Origin: Bacteroidota bacterium
GTDB lineage: Bacteria > Bacteroidota > Ignavibacteria > Kapaibacteriales > UBA2268
Reading direction: 5' to 3'
Length of the DNA stretch: 64,000 bases
Assembly (NCBI GenBank): GCA_004322215.1
Contig: SCSM01000036.1
Coordinates: 41,840 to 105,839 of the forward strand
Shown here: one piece after another, positions 60,394-64,000 of the stretch
How positions within the stretch are numbered: position 1 is the stretch's first letter
How the letters are laid out: every line of letters starts with the position of its first letter
The notes under the pieces: generated by a model
Databases searched by the model: none
The model's input: only the letters and a program-made list of their open reading frames with translations
What the model was told of the DNA's origin: nothing
Program-made: the position numbers and the translations under genes

Positions 60394-61906
60394 GGACCCG
60401 AGTTGGTATGAAAGCTGTGACGGGAGTGTTGAGGGTTTTATAGAAGATTTACCAAGAACCTATGAGAGGTCTAAACTTAAATCAATAATTCTTGACTCTT
60501 CTAAGAGTAATAATTATATCTTATCCTATGAAGAATTCATACCGGGAAAGAAATTTCTATTAGAATGGTATTTGAAAGTTAATGATGCCGATAGTAATGC
60601 CCATGCTATAATCACTTTTTCGGATATGGAAGGTAACGATACAACTATAATAATTGAATATGTCACAAGCAAATTGAAAATAAGACCAAATCTCGATTTC
60701 GGAAGATTATATGTTGGTCAGGAAAAAGAGATGGAGTGTTGGTTAGTCAATGAAGCAAATTTTGCGGATACAATTGTTGAAATAAATTTAAAAAACAATA
60801 ATAGGGGTTTTGAAATATTTACAGATTTATTTCTCCCTATACTTTTAGCACCTCACGATTCAACCAAAATAAAAATTAAATTTAAAGCTACTGATGAAGG
60901 AATATTTTATGATTCAGTAGGTGTTAAAAGTGTGTGTGGATGTTTAATTAAATTCTTAACTCAAGTAAAAGCAACTGTAAAAACATCTAAAATAGAAGTT
61001 AACTCATGCAATTTTGGAGATGAGGAAATTAATAATTTAAAATCGGGAATAATTTCGGTAATGAATAAAAGCGATGTAGAGCTTGTGATTACAGATTATA
61101 AGCCACCACAAAATCAATCAGTATTTATTATTGATTTCGATATTGTAACTAATTTACCATTAAAATTAAATGCTTGGGAGAGTTTTAATATCCCGGTTAA
61201 TTTTTTCCCTACTGAAGAAAAAGAATATAGAGATTCTATTGTTTTTATTAGTAATACAATTAAGGAAGGAATAGTGGATAGCGTAGCAGAACTATTCGGC
61301 AAAGGTATTAGTTATCCGATTATAGATGTCAGCGATGCATATTTTGGTGATGTAATTCAAAGCAAACCTGTTCAGAAAATTGTCACAGTTACAAATAAGG
61401 GCATGAAGGATTTGATAATCACCGATTATTATAAACCTGACAACGCTAAATTCGTACATAAATTTGATAGGGAAATAAATTTAGATAATCCATTAATACT
61501 TATTCCGCAAGAATCGTGGAGTTTTGAAGTTGAATTTTGTCCACCAAATGAAGCAGGATGTTTTTTTACAAACTACATCATATTTCATTCAAATGCGGTA
61601 AAAGGGGACAGCACGGCATATTTCAGGGTGGATTCGGTTCTTTTAGGAATAAGAGAAGATGAAATCAATATCAATAATATTGAAATTACACCAAATCCAG
61701 CAGATGAATTTCTTTCATTCAATTTTAATGTAGAAACTCAAAAGCCGGATTTCATAAAGTTATTTGATTCGTTTGGGAATGTTGTGTATGAGAATAAAAA
61801 TATAATAGAGAATAATATTAAAATAAATACATCTGAATTAGCGAGCGGGATGTATTTTTTAGTTATTGGACATAGGAGTGTGAGGAAGGTTGTTGTGATG
61901 CACTGA
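60305..61906 (+). CDS. ASH/choice-of-anchor-D Ig-repeat protein with T9SS sorting domain (paralog with one extra repeat)
   Basis: Same leader as the 58950 gene; three FG-initiated Ig repeats; CTD DNA 61715-61860 near-identical to 58675-58820. Confidence 0.82.
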   Translation: MKAYTFLLLVIIGCFIMVSKSYSAKDTLPPDPSWYESCDGSVEGFIEDLPRTYERSKLKSIILDSSKSNNYILSYEEFIPGKKFLLEWYLKVNDADSNAHAIITFSDMEGNDTTIIIEYVTSKLKIRPNLDFGRLYVGQEKEMECWLVNEANFADTIVEINLKNNNRGFEIFTDLFLPILLAPHDSTKIKIKFKATDEGIFYDSVGVKSVCGCLIKFLTQVKATVKTSKIEVNSCNFGDEEINNLKSGIISVMNKSDVELVITDYKPPQNQSVFIIDFDIVTNLPLKLNAWESFNIPVNFFPTEEKEYRDSIVFISNTIKEGIVDSVAELFGKGISYPIIDVSDAYFGDVIQSKPVQKIVTVTNKGMKDLIITDYYKPDNAKFVHKFDREINLDNPLILIPQESWSFEVEFCPPNEAGCFFTNYIIFHSNAVKGDSTAYFRVDSVLLGIREDEININNIEITPNPADEFLSFNFNVETQKPDFIKLFDSFGNVVYENKNIIENNIKINTSELASGMYFLVIGHRSVRKVVVMH

Positions 61907-61910
61907 TAAT

Positions 61911-61947
61911 CTCACCCCCAGCCCCTTCTCCGATGGAGAAGGGGAGA
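61911..61947. terminator. GC-rich hairpin between convergent genes (REP-like/terminator)
   Basis: ccccttctcc-gat-ggagaagggg perfect 10-bp stem. Confidence 0.7.
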
Positions 61948-61956
61948 GTGGAAAAT

Positions 61957-62316
61957 TTATGCATACAACTGTGAAATGTCAATGTAAATGTTGTAGTTCT
62001 GAATTTTATCGCCTTTCATTCTGAATAGATTACAGAAATTAACGCTGAGCGTTGTACCATTGTGGCGTGTGTAAGTAACCAAGCCGGGAGTAACGACAAC
62101 ATCGCCGGAAATAATTGTCTCTATGTTTGAATGTTTTAGTCCTTTGATGCTGCCGAAAAAGCCCTCAACTGCTGCTTTTACGTTTGCATTACCTTTAACT
62201 GCATCAGCATTGCCGAATTTAAACTCACAGTCATCTGTAAGAAATGACACAAATTTATCTGAATCGTTATCATCAACTGATTTTAATAAATCGAGTACCC
62301 ATTGCGGATTTGCCAT
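61957..62316 (-). CDS. SnoaL/NTF2-like protein
   Basis: FVSFLTDDCEFKFGN...G, VTYTRHNG, GDKIQNYNIYID. Confidence 0.85.
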   Translation of the reverse strand: MANPQWVLDLLKSVDDNDSDKFVSFLTDDCEFKFGNADAVKGNANVKAAVEGFFGSIKGLKHSNIETIISGDVVVTPGLVTYTRHNGTTLSVNFCNLFRMKGDKIQNYNIYIDISQLYA

Positions 62317-62437
62317 AAAAAACCTCCTGATTATTTTTAAAAAATTGAAAATCGGATTGACGCTGAAAAAAGTTTGTCATTGTAAATGATTAGTTAAATT
62401 ATATTTTTGCATATATTTTGTTTCACTTTTTTATAAT

Positions 62438-62986
62438 ATGATAATGGAAACAAAACGGCTTTTCATCGGAACATTTATTGATTCGTATTTATTTAAAAAC
62501 AAATATGAAGAATTACAGCAAAATTTCAACGAATGTTGTGGAGGTAAATGGGTGGAACCGAATAATCTTCATTTCACTTACCAGTTTCTCGGAGATGTAG
62601 AAGCAAAATTGATTCCCGTTATAAAGAGTTCCCTCGCTGATTGTTTAGTAGAATATAATTCAAATCTTAAATTCAAAGGTATATTCGCATTGCCTAAGCC
62701 AAGTTTTCCGAGAGTGCTTTATGTAAAAATTATTAATGATGACCAAAAGGTTATTAATATTCAAAAAAAAATGGAAAAGATTATGACCGCCAATGATTTC
62801 CAGCCCGAAACCAGGGTGTTTATACCTCACGTAACCTTATTAAGAATAAAGCAATTCGAAAGATATAAATTTGTCCAGATGGTAGAAGATTTTAAGTTCT
62901 ATGAAATTGGGGATATGAGACAATTCAAAATTGACCTGATTGAAAGTCAATTGACAAAAGAAGGTCCGATTTATAATATAATATAA
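62438..62986 (+). CDS. thpR: RNA 2',3'-cyclic phosphodiesterase (2H phosphoesterase)
   Basis: RLFIG, two HxT motifs (NLHFTYQFLG, PHVTLLR), PRVLY, S.LTKEGPIY. Confidence 0.92.
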   Translation: MIMETKRLFIGTFIDSYLFKNKYEELQQNFNECCGGKWVEPNNLHFTYQFLGDVEAKLIPVIKSSLADCLVEYNSNLKFKGIFALPKPSFPRVLYVKIINDDQKVINIQKKMEKIMTANDFQPETRVFIPHVTLLRIKQFERYKFVQMVEDFKFYEIGDMRQFKIDLIESQLTKEGPIYNII

Positions 62987-63093
62987 AATTGGTACAATTT
63001 TTTCTATGTATTTGGTTTAAAACGATTTTTAAATAAAATTCAGGTATAAAAAGGAATTAAAATAAATCAGAATAAAATTTTCAGGAGAAAAAT

Positions 63094-63993
63094 ATGAAAA
63101 ATTTTACGGCGAGAGGCACATTCACAGCATTGGTAACGCCTTTCAAAAATGACGGCTCTGTTGATTTCAAAACGCTTCAAAAGCTGATTGATTTCCAGAT
63201 TAAGAACAAGGTTGAAGGTATAGTTGTCTGCGGTTCAACCGGAGAGGGTGCAACGCTCACTCTAAAGGAGAAGATGGCAATATTTAAAGAAGCGGTTGTT
63301 TATGCCAAAGGCAGGGTTCCGATTATTGCAGCAACGGGAACTTATGAAACCGAAGAGTCATTGAACCTGACTATTTATGCACGTGAACATGGTGCAAGTG
63401 CTGCATTGATTGTTGTTCCTTATTATATAAAACCTACTCAGTTTGCATTGTTCGAACATTTTCGGGTAATAGCCGCATCGGTATCCGATTTGCCAATTAT
63501 ACTTTATAATATACCCGGGAGAACAGGCGTGAATATGCTTGCCGAGACACAACTTGCAGTAGCTAATGCATGTCCGAATGTCGTCGCAACCAAGGAAGCA
63601 TCGGGGAATTTGGTACAAATGATGGATATAATAAAGAATTCACCAAAGCATTTTTCATTGCTTTCTGGAGACGATTCTTTAACTTTACCGGTGATTGCTG
63701 CAGGTGGAAAGGGTATAGTATCGGTAATTTCGAACTATGCACCCAAGAAATTCGGGGACATGGTCCGCAATGCTCTCGACGGGAAATTTGCAGAAGCAAA
63801 GAAGGTGCATTATGATTTGTTCGAGATGATGGAAATGAATTTCATAGAGCCAAATCCGGCACCTGTCAAATGTGCCATGTCATTATTGAAGATGATAAAG
63901 AGCCAGATAAGAATGCCATTGCTTCCTGTATCAGGAGAAAATAAGAAGAAAATCCAGGCAGCATTGGTAAAAACCGGATTGATGAAGAAATAG
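63094..63993 (+). CDS. dapA: 4-hydroxy-tetrahydrodipicolinate synthase
   Basis: TALVTPF, GSTGE, PYYIKP, LYNIPGRTG, KEASG, LSGDD, EPNPAPVK. Confidence 0.96.
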   Translation: MKNFTARGTFTALVTPFKNDGSVDFKTLQKLIDFQIKNKVEGIVVCGSTGEGATLTLKEKMAIFKEAVVYAKGRVPIIAATGTYETEESLNLTIYAREHGASAALIVVPYYIKPTQFALFEHFRVIAASVSDLPIILYNIPGRTGVNMLAETQLAVANACPNVVATKEASGNLVQMMDIIKNSPKHFSLLSGDDSLTLPVIAAGGKGIVSVISNYAPKKFGDMVRNALDGKFAEAKKVHYDLFEMMEMNFIEPNPAPVKCAMSLLKMIKSQIRMPLLPVSGENKKKIQAALVKTGLMKK

Positions 63994-64000
63994 TTAATTT

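Overview
AT-rich bacterial chromosome segment, most consistent with an FCB-group organism (Ignavibacteria/Kapabacteria-like): it combines many type IX secretion (T9SS) C-terminal-domain proteins with fliPQR. In order, it holds an edge-truncated M12B metalloprotease-LamG gene missed by the ORF track, then a surface-polysaccharide locus where wzm and wzt are split by an MNT-HEPN toxin-antitoxin pair plus neuB/amidotransferase/acetyltransferase/neuC/neuA, followed by a likely sialyltransferase. Next come rsmB, a PD40-OmpA protein, dapB and a low-GC island with an attC-like hairpin. Two convergent paralogous cassettes each encode an ECF sigma factor, an anti-sigma that appears to span both membranes (TM helix plus C-terminal beta-barrel) and a lipoprotein. 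The rest is a 2108-aa hybrid kinase, cysS, fliPQR, transaldolase, a tandem T9SS cargo array joined by 313-bp near-identical repeats, thpR and dapA. The best candidate novel system is the twin dual-membrane anti-sigma/ECF modules: a TGTAAC-N16-TGTTAT promoter-like motif lies upstream of both the first ECF gene and the modular T9SS cargo array. No rRNA, tRNA, CRISPR array, integrase or transposase was seen. All calls come from manual motif reading; no searches were run.
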